Of a DNA stretch of 64,000 nt, positions 23,023 to 32,469 are shown piece after piece. The notes beneath the pieces were generated by a model. The model ran no database searches. It worked only from the letters and a program-made list of their open reading frames with translations, and had not been told where the DNA came from. The stretch lies in contig CBDCKN010000009.1 in NCBI GenBank assembly GCA_965218295.1, positions 64,001 through 128,000 on the forward strand. Reading direction: 5' to 3'. Made by a program: the position numbers and the translations under genes. Positions within the stretch are counted from its first letter, which is position 1; every line of letters begins with the position of its first letter. The stretch is from Longimicrobiales bacterium. Lineage in GTDB: Bacteria > Gemmatimonadota > Gemmatimonadetes > Longimicrobiales > Gaopeijiaceae.

Positions 23023-23910
23023 ATGAGCATCTTCACCAAGCTTTCGACGGTCATCAAGTCGAACATCAACGACCTCATCTCCCGGGCCGAAAACCCGGAG
23101 AAGATGCTGAACCAGATCATTCTGGACATGCGGGATCAGCTCGCGAAGGCCAAGCGCGAAGTCGCGGCGGCCATCGCGGACGAGCGCAAGCTCCGCTCTC
23201 AACTCGACGATGAGGTGAAGCAGACCCGGCAGTGGGAGCACCGCGCCATGCTGGCCGTGAAGGAGGGTCGGGACGAGCTGGCCAAGCAGGCCCTCATGAG
23301 GCAGGGAGAGCACGCGGAGCGTGCAGCGGCGCTGGACACCACATGGCAGGCACAGGCCAGCGAGACCGAGAAGCTCAAAGGATCCCTCCGGCAGCTCAAC
23401 GACAAGATCGAAGAGGCCAAGCGGAAGCGGAATCTCCTGGTCGCCAAGCAGCGGCGGGCCCAGGCGCAGAGGCGGATCCACGAGACCATGTCCGGTCTCT
23501 CCAACACGTCCGCTTTCGATGCCTTCAACCGGATGGCCGAGAAGATCGAGGAGCAGGAGCGCCAGAGCCTGGCCGCCGTCGAGGTGACCGAGGCCCTCGG
23601 GCCCGGCACGCTGGAGGAGGAGTTCAAGGTGCTCGAGTCCGGCGGCGGCACGGGCGACGTCGAGGATCGGCTCATGGCCCTAAAGCACGAGATGGGCTTG
23701 ATCGCCGCGCCCGAGTCCGAGGCTCCCAGGCAGTTGGAGTCCGGCGACGAGGATGAGGAGGCTCCCACCGAGGCGGCAGCTGTGGACGCCGGCGACGACG
23801 TGCCCGGCAGCGCGGATGGGGTTGTCGAGGCGGAGGCCGTCGAGGCGGAGCCGCAGATCCAGGAAGCCCAGCTCATCGAGGAGTTCGACAAGCTGAAGCA
23901 GGAGAGCTAG
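23023..23910 (+). CDS. pspA: PspA/IM30 (bacterial ESCRT-III-like) family protein with an acidic C-terminal extension
   Basis: MSIFTKLSTVIKSNINDLISRAENPEKML, AFDAFNRMAEKIE, coiled coils. Confidence 0.92.
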   Translation: MSIFTKLSTVIKSNINDLISRAENPEKMLNQIILDMRDQLAKAKREVAAAIADERKLRSQLDDEVKQTRQWEHRAMLAVKEGRDELAKQALMRQGEHAERAAALDTTWQAQASETEKLKGSLRQLNDKIEEAKRKRNLLVAKQRRAQAQRRIHETMSGLSNTSAFDAFNRMAEKIEEQERQSLAAVEVTEALGPGTLEEEFKVLESGGGTGDVEDRLMALKHEMGLIAAPESEAPRQLESGDEDEEAPTEAAAVDAGDDVPGSADGVVEAEAVEAEPQIQEAQLIEEFDKLKQES

Positions 23911-23941
23911 GAAGGGACTCCCGCGGCCGGAATCCTTCGGC

Positions 23942-24187
23942 CTATCTCGTGAACGCGTTGAACGTATCGATGGTGAAGGTGTCGCGGAGGTGCGGTGTCA
24001 CCTGGAGCCGATCGCAGATGAAGTGACCCACGTCGTCCTGCTCGCGCACGTGGAACTTTACCAGAAGGTCGTACTTTCCCGACACCGAATAGACCTCCGC
24101 GGTCTCCTCGATGTTGTCCACGATGTAGTCGGCCACCTCGTAGGACTTGCCGAGCTCACACTTGATCATCACGAAAACCGCGTGCAT
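23942..24187 (-). CDS. stand-alone Lrp/AsnC ligand-binding domain protein
   Basis: 81 aa MHAVFVMIKCELG...EVYSVSGKYDLLVKF; no HTH. Confidence 0.85.
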   Translation of the reverse strand: MHAVFVMIKCELGKSYEVADYIVDNIEETAEVYSVSGKYDLLVKFHVREQDDVGHFICDRLQVTPHLRDTFTIDTFNAFTR

Positions 24188-24230
24188 GCTCCGACCCTCT
24201 TGGTGGCTCGCGAACTTCGGAAACGGAACG

Positions 24231-24899
24231 CTAGAATCCGACGGAGATGGAGAGCGCGAAGACCGGATAGAACTTGAAGTACTCCGGAATGTCGTTCTCG
24301 ATGTCCAAAACCTCGGCCTGGACGTCGGCCCGGAACTGAGCTCCGACAATCGGGTCGTTGGCAAGGGGACCCTGGGGCGTCACGGTTACGGTGGGCTTTT
24401 CACCGAACCCTAGGCCTACGTCGAGGTTGATGCCGATGAGCTTGCCGATTCCGTTTCCGAAGCCGATACCCGCGTACGGTTGGAAGCTCTTCAGCTTGAA
24501 CGTGCTCACGAGCTTGTCTTCAGCGGTGAGGGTGTAGTCCGTCCCTCCGAATTCTTCGGTGCGTCCTGCTGCCGTGCCCACCGCGGCGATGTCGCCGCCC
24601 TTGGAGATGATCAGCCCGCCCGCGCTGAGGTGGAAGCCGCTCATGGGGTAGAAGTCCACGGTAGTAAGGATGAACGTGGGGAGGTCGAAGGCCCAATCGA
24701 CGCCCTCGATCTCAACCTCGGGGTCTCCCGGAATGAACCCCAACATGCCTCGGAGATTGAGCTTGGGAGCGACCCCGATGATGACACCGCCTCCGACGCC
24801 AATGGTGCCGGCGTGGCCCGAGATGGCGAAGCCCTGCGCCTGACCGGGTGCCGGGGCGAGAATGAGGAATGCGACGGCGGCGGCACAGAGCTTTCTCAT
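24231..24899 (-). CDS. putative small outer-membrane beta-barrel protein
   Basis: signal peptide ending AQG, amphipathic strands (PYAGIGFG), C-terminal Phe (SISVGF). Confidence 0.7.
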   Translation of the reverse strand: MRKLCAAAVAFLILAPAPGQAQGFAISGHAGTIGVGGGVIIGVAPKLNLRGMLGFIPGDPEVEIEGVDWAFDLPTFILTTVDFYPMSGFHLSAGGLIISKGGDIAAVGTAAGRTEEFGGTDYTLTAEDKLVSTFKLKSFQPYAGIGFGNGIGKLIGINLDVGLGFGEKPTVTVTPQGPLANDPIVGAQFRADVQAEVLDIENDIPEYFKFYPVFALSISVGF

Positions 24900-25092
24900 G
24901 GGATATGGGCTCCTTCTGTCATGTCCAAGGGCATTGGGCGCGGGGCTGGGCCCCTCACCGAGGTGGGTGCTTCTTAAATGAAGCACCGTGCGAGCGCGTG
25001 TGCAATCTCTTGGTCGCTGACGGGGCTGGCGGAGTCGAGCGCCGAAGCCATCTTTTCCAACATCGTCAATTGCCCCCAACTCCAGGATCGAC

Positions 25093-25953
25093 ATGAGCAC
25101 GGTATACTTGAACGGCGAGTACCTGCCAAAGGAGCGGGCCACGGTTTCGGTGGACGACCGGGGCTTTCTACTCTCGGACGGCCTCTATGAGGTGACGCCG
25201 GCATACAAGGGCCGCCTCTTCCGCCTGGAGCAGCACATGAGGCGTCTCAGGCACGGCCTGGACGCCTTGCGGATCGGCTGCGACACTGCGGGGCTCCCGG
25301 AGATGCATCTGCGCCTCCTGACCGAGAACGGTCTCGAGGACGAGGACGTCTCCATCGTCTATCTCCAGATCACGCGGGGAGTGGCCCCCCGGACTCATCA
25401 CTTCCCCCCCGAGGGCACCCTGCCCACGGTTTATTCCTTTGGGAAGGCTTTCCATCGGCCCGATCCGGAGCGCTGGGAACAGGGATATTCGGCCATCATG
25501 GTGCCGGATCGCCGCTGGGCCAGGGTCGACATCAAGACCATCGGGCTCCTTCCGAACGTGCTGGCGCAGCAGGCAGCCGTGGATGCGGGGGCGGCGGACG
25601 CACTCCTTGTCAAGGACGGTGTGGCTCTCGAGGGGTCCCACAACAATGTCTTCGGCGTGTTCGACGGGGTGGTCACCACTCATCCGGCCACCCATGAGAT
25701 CCTCCACGGAGTCGGGAGAGGGTTCGTCATGGAGCTGGCGCGGGGGATGGGCATGACGGTGGTCGAGCGGGCGATTCCGGTGGAGGAGATGCGGGGCGCG
25801 GACGAGATCTTCTTCACGGGGACGACCACCGAGATACGACCCACGGTCGAGCTCGACGATCGGCCGGTGGGTGACGGGACGGTGGGGCCGGTGGCCAAGG
25901 CGCTTTACGAGGCGTTCAAGGTGGGGGTGGTGGAGGAAGTAGCGGTCGGGTAA
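25093..25953 (+). CDS. class IV PLP aminotransferase (D-amino acid transaminase-like)
   Basis: DDRGFLLSDGLYE, YLQITRG, IKTIGLLPNVLA, EIFFTGT. Confidence 0.9.
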   Translation: MSTVYLNGEYLPKERATVSVDDRGFLLSDGLYEVTPAYKGRLFRLEQHMRRLRHGLDALRIGCDTAGLPEMHLRLLTENGLEDEDVSIVYLQITRGVAPRTHHFPPEGTLPTVYSFGKAFHRPDPERWEQGYSAIMVPDRRWARVDIKTIGLLPNVLAQQAAVDAGAADALLVKDGVALEGSHNNVFGVFDGVVTTHPATHEILHGVGRGFVMELARGMGMTVVERAIPVEEMRGADEIFFTGTTTEIRPTVELDDRPVGDGTVGPVAKALYEAFKVGVVEEVAVG

Positions 25954-26002
25954 GCGGCCCTCCGGCCCTCCAACCCTTAGGCGGCGGGACAACGCCAGGG
26001 GT

Positions 26003-27301
26003 CTACCGATAGATCAGGTACGGCTCCCGCACCCGCCTGAACTCGGCCAGCGCCTCGTCCCACCCGTCTCGGATCTCTTCCACTCCGGCTCCCGCCTCGA
26101 TGGCCTCACGAAGCCGATCGGTCCCAGCCAGACGATCGAAGTGGGACGCGAGCCATCGCCAATCATCCCCGGACATCCTGCGGGTCTCCACCAGGAGTGC
26201 CACGGCGGCCTCCGTGGGATCGTAGTCGGCCGAGGTGGCGATCAGGCGCACGCCCGAGACCTCTACCCCGTCGAACTTGCCGTCGCCGGGGGACCGGGGC
26301 GTGAACCGGGTGGCCTCGAAGCGGACGCCGGTCAAGCCGGACCCGTTCATGGTTCGGGCCAGCGCCTCTCCGTCCAGCCAGGGTGCTCCGACGTGCTGGA
26401 AGGCGATATCCGTGCCGCGACCCACGGAGAGATTGGTCCCCTCGAAGAGGCAGGTGCCGGGATAGTGCGTGGCGCTCTCGATGCTGGGCATGTTCGGGGA
26501 CGGCTGGACCCACGGCAGGCCGGTTTCCGCGAAGGACATGTCACGTCGCCACCCCTCCGCAGGCGCCACGTGCAGCTCCACTTCGATGCCGAGCTCGCCA
26601 CTGGAGTAGCGGGCCAGCTCGCCGGGAGTCATACCGTGGCGCATGGGCACCGGGTGCCGCCCCACGAACGTCGCGAACGCCGGCTCCAGGATGTTGCCCT
26701 GGGTCGCTCCACCGATCGGGTTGGGACGGTCCAGGACCACCACCGGAATCCCCTCCTCGGCGGCCGCCTCCATCGCCAGGGTCATCGTGGAGACATAGGT
26801 CCAGTACCGGGCGCCGATGTCCTGGTAGTCCGCCAAGATGACGTCGATCCCTTCCAGCATCTCCGGGGTCGGCTTCCGAACCGTCCCGTAGAGCGAGTAG
26901 ATCGGCAGCCCTGTCTTGGAATCGACTTCGTCGTTCACCCGCTCGCCGGCTTCGGCCGTGCCCCGGATACCGTGCTCCGGCGAGAAAAGCGCCACGAGCT
27001 CCACGTCCGGATGTTCGTAGAGCCGGTCGATGGAGGAGCGTCCCGAGGAGTCCACACCCGTCTGGTTGGTGATGAGTCCGACCCGCTTTCCGGCCACGAG
27101 ATGCAGGGAGTCCTTGAGCAGCACCTCGATGCCCGGGCGCACTGGACCGAACTCGCCATCGGTACTTCGGTATAAGGAATCGGCGGCCCGGGCGCCCGTG
27201 CGGGTTCCCTCGAGGCTACCGGCGTCGGCATCCGAGCTGCAGGCCATGCATGTCAGGAGCGCGAGTATGAGCCAGGATTGTGGCACTCTCGGCAACTCCA
27301 T
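26003..27301 (-). CDS. DUF1343 / NamZ-family exo-beta-N-acetylmuramidase, lipoprotein-like
   Basis: GLITNQTG, FSPEHG, SLYG, QDIGARYWTY, LDRPNP, RHGMT.GE, SPNMP, SVGRGT; start codon uncertain. Confidence 0.88.
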   Translation of the reverse strand: MELPRVPQSWLILALLTCMACSSDADAGSLEGTRTGARAADSLYRSTDGEFGPVRPGIEVLLKDSLHLVAGKRVGLITNQTGVDSSGRSSIDRLYEHPDVELVALFSPEHGIRGTAEAGERVNDEVDSKTGLPIYSLYGTVRKPTPEMLEGIDVILADYQDIGARYWTYVSTMTLAMEAAAEEGIPVVVLDRPNPIGGATQGNILEPAFATFVGRHPVPMRHGMTPGELARYSSGELGIEVELHVAPAEGWRRDMSFAETGLPWVQPSPNMPSIESATHYPGTCLFEGTNLSVGRGTDIAFQHVGAPWLDGEALARTMNGSGLTGVRFEATRFTPRSPGDGKFDGVEVSGVRLIATSADYDPTEAAVALLVETRRMSGDDWRWLASHFDRLAGTDRLREAIEAGAGVEEIRDGWDEALAEFRRVREPYLIYR

Positions 27302-27365
27302 AGCTTGCTCTCCGATCTGCACTTCGGCTGCTCTTTCTGCCCAACATCGAGGTTGCTGAGCTCGC

Positions 27366-29276
27366 TTGATGCCCATCCGGAGCACGCCCCGACACACCCT
27401 GAGTAACCCGGCGGGAAGCCTCTGGATCCTGGCGATTCTCGTTTCGTCGTGCTCCACGTTGAGCTCCGGGCCCGCTCAGAACCCCACCTCCACCGAGGAC
27501 CGGCCGGTCGCCTCTGTCGAGGGCGAGACCCCACGCGAAACATCTCCGAGACCGACCCGCGCTCAAACGGCTCGGCCCACGCGGCCCACTCTCCCCTGGC
27601 CTCAGCGCGTCCTCGACGAGATGACGCTCCGGGAGAAGATCGCCCAGATGATCATGCCGTTCGTTCTGGGCAACTTCGCTCCCGAGGGCACGGAGAGCCA
27701 CGACCGGATCGTGGACGTCATCGAGAGGGAGGGCGTGGGCGGCGTGATCATGTCGGTGGGCGTTCCCACAGACGTGGCGGTGAAGCTCAACGATCTGCAG
27801 CGCCACTCCAAGTATCCGCTCCTCGTGGGGGCCGATCTGGAGACCGGCGCTGGCTTCCGATTCTGGGGGGCAGTGCACGTTCCTACGAACATCGTGTTGG
27901 GTGGCGCTACGACCTTCCCGTCGCTGATGGCGTTCGGGGCGACGGGTGACCCGGACTACGCCTATCAGATGGGGCGCATCACGGCGTTGGAGGCCCGGGC
28001 CATGGGGGTCCACCTACCCTTCGCGCCCGTCCTGGACGTCAACAACAACCCCGAGAACCCGATCATCAACATCCGCTCCTTCGGCGAGGATCCCGAAGCG
28101 GTGGCGACCATGGGTGTGTCCTTCGTCCGCGGGCTCCAGGAGCACGGGGTGGGGGCCACGGGCAAGCACTTCCCGGGTCACGGCGACACCGAGGTGGACT
28201 CCCACCTGGCTCTGCCCATTATCCGCGCTCAGCGAGAGCGCATGGACTCGGTGGAGCTGGTGCCGTTCCGGGCGGCCATCGATGCGGGAATCCGGGGCAT
28301 GATGTCGGCCCACATCGCCGTCCCGGAGGTCAGCGGGGGGTATCTGCCATCCACCCTGTCCGGTCGGGTGCTCGAAGATCTTTTGCGCTCGGACCTGGGG
28401 TTCGACGGGATCGTCTTCACCGATGCCATGGACATGAACGCGGTGAACCGGCTGTATCCGCGGGGAGGGGCCTCCATGATGGCCGTGCTGGCCGGGGCCG
28501 ACGTGATTCTGATGCCCCCCGACGTGACGCAGGCCATCGACGCCATCCTTCGGGCGGTTCGCAACGGGCGGATCCCCGAGTCCCGCATCGACCAGTCGGT
28601 CACGAAGCTGCTCCGGCTGAAGGAGGAGAAGGGGCTCCACGAAGAGCGCGAGGTGCCCCTCGATGTTGTCCCCCAGGTGGTGGGCATCCCGAAGCACACG
28701 CGCATCGCCCAGGAGGTCGCCGAGCGCTCCATCACGCTCCTCCGGAACCAGCGGAACCTCCTGCCCCTCTTGGGAACCCGGACGGCCCGTGTCATGTCGG
28801 TGACGTTCCGTAGCCGCACCGACGTGCTGGCGAGCCGCTACTTCGACGCTCGCCTCCGCGAGACCTATCCTCGCCTCGTCACGACCCGGGTGGACGAGCA
28901 GACCAACTCCGCTGCCTACGAAGATCTGGAGCGGCGGTCGCATCGCTCGAATCTGGTGGTGGTCTCGGTCTACTCGAACTTCGCGGGCCGCGTCGAGCTC
29001 CCCGACGAGATGGTGGAGTTCGTGAACGAGCTCGCCCGCGCGAGGATCACCCATGTCGTGGTGTCCTTCGGGAACCCCTACCTGATCTCGGAATTCCCGG
29101 ATGCCCAGGCGTACGTCCTGGCGTGGAGCTCGGCTTCGGTGAGCCAGCGTGCCGCAGCTGCGGCCCTCCTTGGCGGCATCGAGATCAGTGGCCGGACCCC
29201 CACGGGCATGCCGCCCTACTTCGAGCTGGGTGACGGGATACACGTCCCGCTGAAGGTCACTGACAGTGGGCGGTAG
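27366..29276 (+). CDS. GH3 beta-N-acetylglucosaminidase (NagZ-type) lipoprotein
   Basis: lipobox VSSC, APVLDVN, RSFGEDP, KHFPGHGD..DSH, TDAMDM. Confidence 0.9.
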   Translation: MMPIRSTPRHTLSNPAGSLWILAILVSSCSTLSSGPAQNPTSTEDRPVASVEGETPRETSPRPTRAQTARPTRPTLPWPQRVLDEMTLREKIAQMIMPFVLGNFAPEGTESHDRIVDVIEREGVGGVIMSVGVPTDVAVKLNDLQRHSKYPLLVGADLETGAGFRFWGAVHVPTNIVLGGATTFPSLMAFGATGDPDYAYQMGRITALEARAMGVHLPFAPVLDVNNNPENPIINIRSFGEDPEAVATMGVSFVRGLQEHGVGATGKHFPGHGDTEVDSHLALPIIRAQRERMDSVELVPFRAAIDAGIRGMMSAHIAVPEVSGGYLPSTLSGRVLEDLLRSDLGFDGIVFTDAMDMNAVNRLYPRGGASMMAVLAGADVILMPPDVTQAIDAILRAVRNGRIPESRIDQSVTKLLRLKEEKGLHEEREVPLDVVPQVVGIPKHTRIAQEVAERSITLLRNQRNLLPLLGTRTARVMSVTFRSRTDVLASRYFDARLRETYPRLVTTRVDEQTNSAAYEDLERRSHRSNLVVVSVYSNFAGRVELPDEMVEFVNELARARITHVVVSFGNPYLISEFPDAQAYVLAWSSASVSQRAAAAALLGGIEISGRTPTGMPPYFELGDGIHVPLKVTDSGR

Positions 29277-32200
29277 TCCACTTCGTCTCTCGGCCGTACT
29301 GGCCATCCTGTGGGTCGGCGGCTGCACGTCGCTGGGACCGGGGGAGGGGTCGGCGTCGTCCTCGCCACGCCCGGCCGCCGGGGCGTTCACTCCCGGCACG
29401 AGGCCGCTGGATGGTGAGGCACGGGCGTGGGTGCACGGGACCCTGGCCTCCCTCACGCTGCGGCAGCAGGTGGCGCAGCTCGTCATCCAGTGGTTGCCCG
29501 GCTCGTACGCGTCGACCAGCAGCCCCGAGTTCCTCGAGTGGGCCGGTTGGGTGGAAGACGACGAGATCGGGGGCATCTATCTGTCCATCGGGCTGCCCCA
29601 CTCGTACGCGGCGAAGATCAACGAGCTCCAGGCTCGGGCCCGGATCCCCCTCCTGGTCACTTCGGACTTCGAGAACGGCGGGCCGGGGATGCGGATCAAC
29701 CACTCCTACGCTCTGCCGTCTATGCTCCCGCAGGGCGGCGGCACCAGCTTTCCGCCGACCATGGCCTTCGGAGCTATCGGGGACGAGCGCTTCGTTCGGG
29801 AGTACGGGCGCATCACTGCGGTCGAGGCGAGAGCGGTCGGCGTCCACCTGAACTTTGCTCCCGTGCTGGACGTCAACTCGAACCCCGACAACCCCATCAT
29901 CAACACGCGCTCCTTCGGTGAGGACCCGGCTACCGTAGCCCGGCTGGGGGCCGCGTACATCCAGGGGGCGCACCAGGGCGGCGTGCTCGCCACGGCGAAG
30001 CACTTCCCGGGACACGGGGACACCCGGACGGATTCTCACCTTGATCTTCCGGTGGTTCCGGCGGACTGGGACCGGCTCAACGCCGTGGAGCTGGTGCCGT
30101 TCCGGGAGGCGGTAGAGTCGGGTGTGGACGCAGTCATGACGGCCCACGTCATGGTGTCCGGGGTCCAGGGCACGGACGGGCCTCCGGCCACGCTTGATCC
30201 ACGCTTCATGACCGAGCTCCTCCGGGAGGAGATGGGCTTCGGCGGCCTTCTCCTCACGGACGCCCTGGTCATGGCGGCCCTCGCCGATCGCTACGGAACC
30301 GGTGAGCTGGCGGTGCTGGCACTGGAAGCAGGAAGCGACGTCCTGCTTATGCCGACGGACGTGACAGAAGCCATCGCGGCCGTCGTCGCCGCCGTGGACG
30401 CGGGCCGCGTGGATCCGGGCCACATCCGGGCCTCGGCCCGCCGGGTGCTCGAGACCAAGGCCCGGGCCGGGCTCCACCGCGGGCGGATGGTGGATCTGGA
30501 CGCCGTGGACGACGTGGTGGGGAGCGCGGCTCACTTGGCGTTCGCCGACACGGCGGCGGCCCGCTCCATGACCCTCCTCCGGGACCGCGCGGGTGCTGTG
30601 CCGGTGGACTCCACAGTGACCCGGAGGATCCTGAGCGTGACCTATGCTCGAGCCGACAACCTGGTGGCAGGCACGGCCTTCGATCCGGCTTTGGCCGGCA
30701 GGGTCGCGTCGCTGCGCGGGGCTCGGGTCGACCCGGACACCCCGGCCGAGACGTACGACTCCCTGCGCCTGCGGGCCCAAGACGTCGACCTGGTACTGGT
30801 GAGCGCCTACGTGCCGCCCCGGGCGGGAGCCGGTGAGGTCGCCGCCCCGGACGCCTTGGCCGATTTCATCCACGAAGTCGGGCAGGAGCGTCCGCTGCTG
30901 GTCACCTCGTTCGGGAATCCGTATCTGCTGGTGGCCCTGCCCAACGCACCCGCCTACCTGATCGCCTGGGGAGACCGGGAGGTGTCGCAGGCGGCTGCGG
31001 TCCGCGCCCTCTTCGGCGAGATGGCCATCGGCGGACGGCTGCCCATATCCATCCCGCCCTTCCACACCATGGGGGACGGGCTTACCAGGGCCGTCGGCGA
31101 CGCAACCACTCGTACGCAGACCCCGTCCTCCGGCGCTGTCACGCCTGGCGCGGCGGCCGTCGCCGTGTCGATCTCAGAGCTCGAGGCAGACGCCGGTTCC
31201 GCCGGGATGAGCTCCCGGCGTCTCTGGGCCGTGGATTACCTGGTGACCGAGGCCATCGGCGACGGAGCGACGCCCGGCGCGGTGGTGGCCATGGGGCGCG
31301 GCGGAAAGCTGATCCGGCTCCGGGGCTACGGCCGGCTGGATTGGGACGCGTCGGCCGGACCCGCCGACGCGAGCTCGATCTACGATCTGGCCTCTCTCAC
31401 CAAGGTGGTGGGCACGACCACCGCGGCCATGATCCTGGTGGACGAAGGCCGGCTCGATCTGGATGCGGCCGTAGTGGACTATCTCCCGTGGTGGGGCAGG
31501 GGAGACCCGTCCAAGGCCGGCGTCACCGTCCGACACCTCCTGCTCCACCGTGCAGGGCTGCCACCCTTCCGTCGCTTCTATCTGGAGATGGAGGGGCGGA
31601 GCGCCTACGAGGACGCCATCGGCGATCTCCCGCTCGAGTACACGCCGGGAGACCGCACCGTCTACTCCGATATCGGACTCATGACGGTGGCGTTCATCAT
31701 CGAGGAGGTGACTGGCCAAGGCCTCGACGCGTTCCTCGAAGAGCGGGTGTGGGACCCGTTGGGGATGGCAGACACGGAGTTCCGTCCCGGATCCGAGCTG
31801 CGAGGACGGATCGCGCCCACCGAGGTGGACACGATCTTCAGGGACGTCCACGTGCACGGCGTGGTCCATGACGAGAACGCGTACGCCATCGGGGGGGTGG
31901 CCGGCCACGCAGGCCTCTTCTCCACGGCGTCCGACCTATCGGTCCTGGCGCAGGCCCTCCTGAACGGGGGCCGCATCGAGGGCTGCGAGCGGGGGGACGA
32001 GCCCGCCGCTGGAAACGAGCCCGGCGCTGGAAACGAGCCCGCTCCTGGAAACGAGCCCGCTCCTGGAAACGATCCGAGCCCGCGAGCCGGCATGATCTGC
32101 GCCCCCAGAGCCTCCGGGGACGTTCGTCTCGTCTCCGAGGCCACCTTGCGACTCTTCACCGAGCGCCATGACGCCTCGGCCAGTCGCGCGCTGGGCTGGG

Positions 32201-32439
32201 ACACCCCCAGCGGGGGATCCTCGGCCGGGAGCTACTTCACCTCCAGCGCCTTCGGGCACACCGGGTTCACGGGGACATCCATCTGGATCGACTCCGAGCT
32301 CGACCTGTTCGTCGTGCTGCTGACCAACCGGGTGAACCCGACGCGGGACAACTCGAAGCACGTTCCGCTCCGATGGGCAGTGCACGACGCCGCGGCCGTG
32401 GCGATCACAGACCGGGACGTGAGACGACGTGAGCCGTAG
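29266..32439 (+). CDS. GH3 NagZ-type glycosidase fused to a beta-lactamase-fold serine hydrolase (AmiE-like)
   Basis: lipobox VGGC; KHFPGHGDT..DSH; C-terminal ASLTK (SxxK), YSD, GHAGLFS, FGHTGFTG. Confidence 0.88.
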   Translation: MGGSPLRLSAVLAILWVGGCTSLGPGEGSASSSPRPAAGAFTPGTRPLDGEARAWVHGTLASLTLRQQVAQLVIQWLPGSYASTSSPEFLEWAGWVEDDEIGGIYLSIGLPHSYAAKINELQARARIPLLVTSDFENGGPGMRINHSYALPSMLPQGGGTSFPPTMAFGAIGDERFVREYGRITAVEARAVGVHLNFAPVLDVNSNPDNPIINTRSFGEDPATVARLGAAYIQGAHQGGVLATAKHFPGHGDTRTDSHLDLPVVPADWDRLNAVELVPFREAVESGVDAVMTAHVMVSGVQGTDGPPATLDPRFMTELLREEMGFGGLLLTDALVMAALADRYGTGELAVLALEAGSDVLLMPTDVTEAIAAVVAAVDAGRVDPGHIRASARRVLETKARAGLHRGRMVDLDAVDDVVGSAAHLAFADTAAARSMTLLRDRAGAVPVDSTVTRRILSVTYARADNLVAGTAFDPALAGRVASLRGARVDPDTPAETYDSLRLRAQDVDLVLVSAYVPPRAGAGEVAAPDALADFIHEVGQERPLLVTSFGNPYLLVALPNAPAYLIAWGDREVSQAAAVRALFGEMAIGGRLPISIPPFHTMGDGLTRAVGDATTRTQTPSSGAVTPGAAAVAVSISELEADAGSAGMSSRRLWAVDYLVTEAIGDGATPGAVVAMGRGGKLIRLRGYGRLDWDASAGPADASSIYDLASLTKVVGTTTAAMILVDEGRLDLDAAVVDYLPWWGRGDPSKAGVTVRHLLLHRAGLPPFRRFYLEMEGRSAYEDAIGDLPLEYTPGDRTVYSDIGLMTVAFIIEEVTGQGLDAFLEERVWDPLGMADTEFRPGSELRGRIAPTEVDTIFRDVHVHGVVHDENAYAIGGVAGHAGLFSTASDLSVLAQALLNGGRIEGCERGDEPAAGNEPGAGNEPAPGNEPAPGNDPSPRAGMICAPRASGDVRLVSEATLRLFTERHDASASRALGWDTPSGGSSAGSYFTSSAFGHTGFTGTSIWIDSELDLFVVLLTNRVNPTRDNSKHVPLRWAVHDAAAVAITDRDVRRREP
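31999..32070 (+). repeat. 18-bp in-frame tandem repeat x4 (EPxxGN)
   Basis: gagcccgccgctggaaac-type units. Confidence 0.9.
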
Positions 32440-32469
32440 GTCGACTGGACTCCTTGGGAGCGCCGGTCG

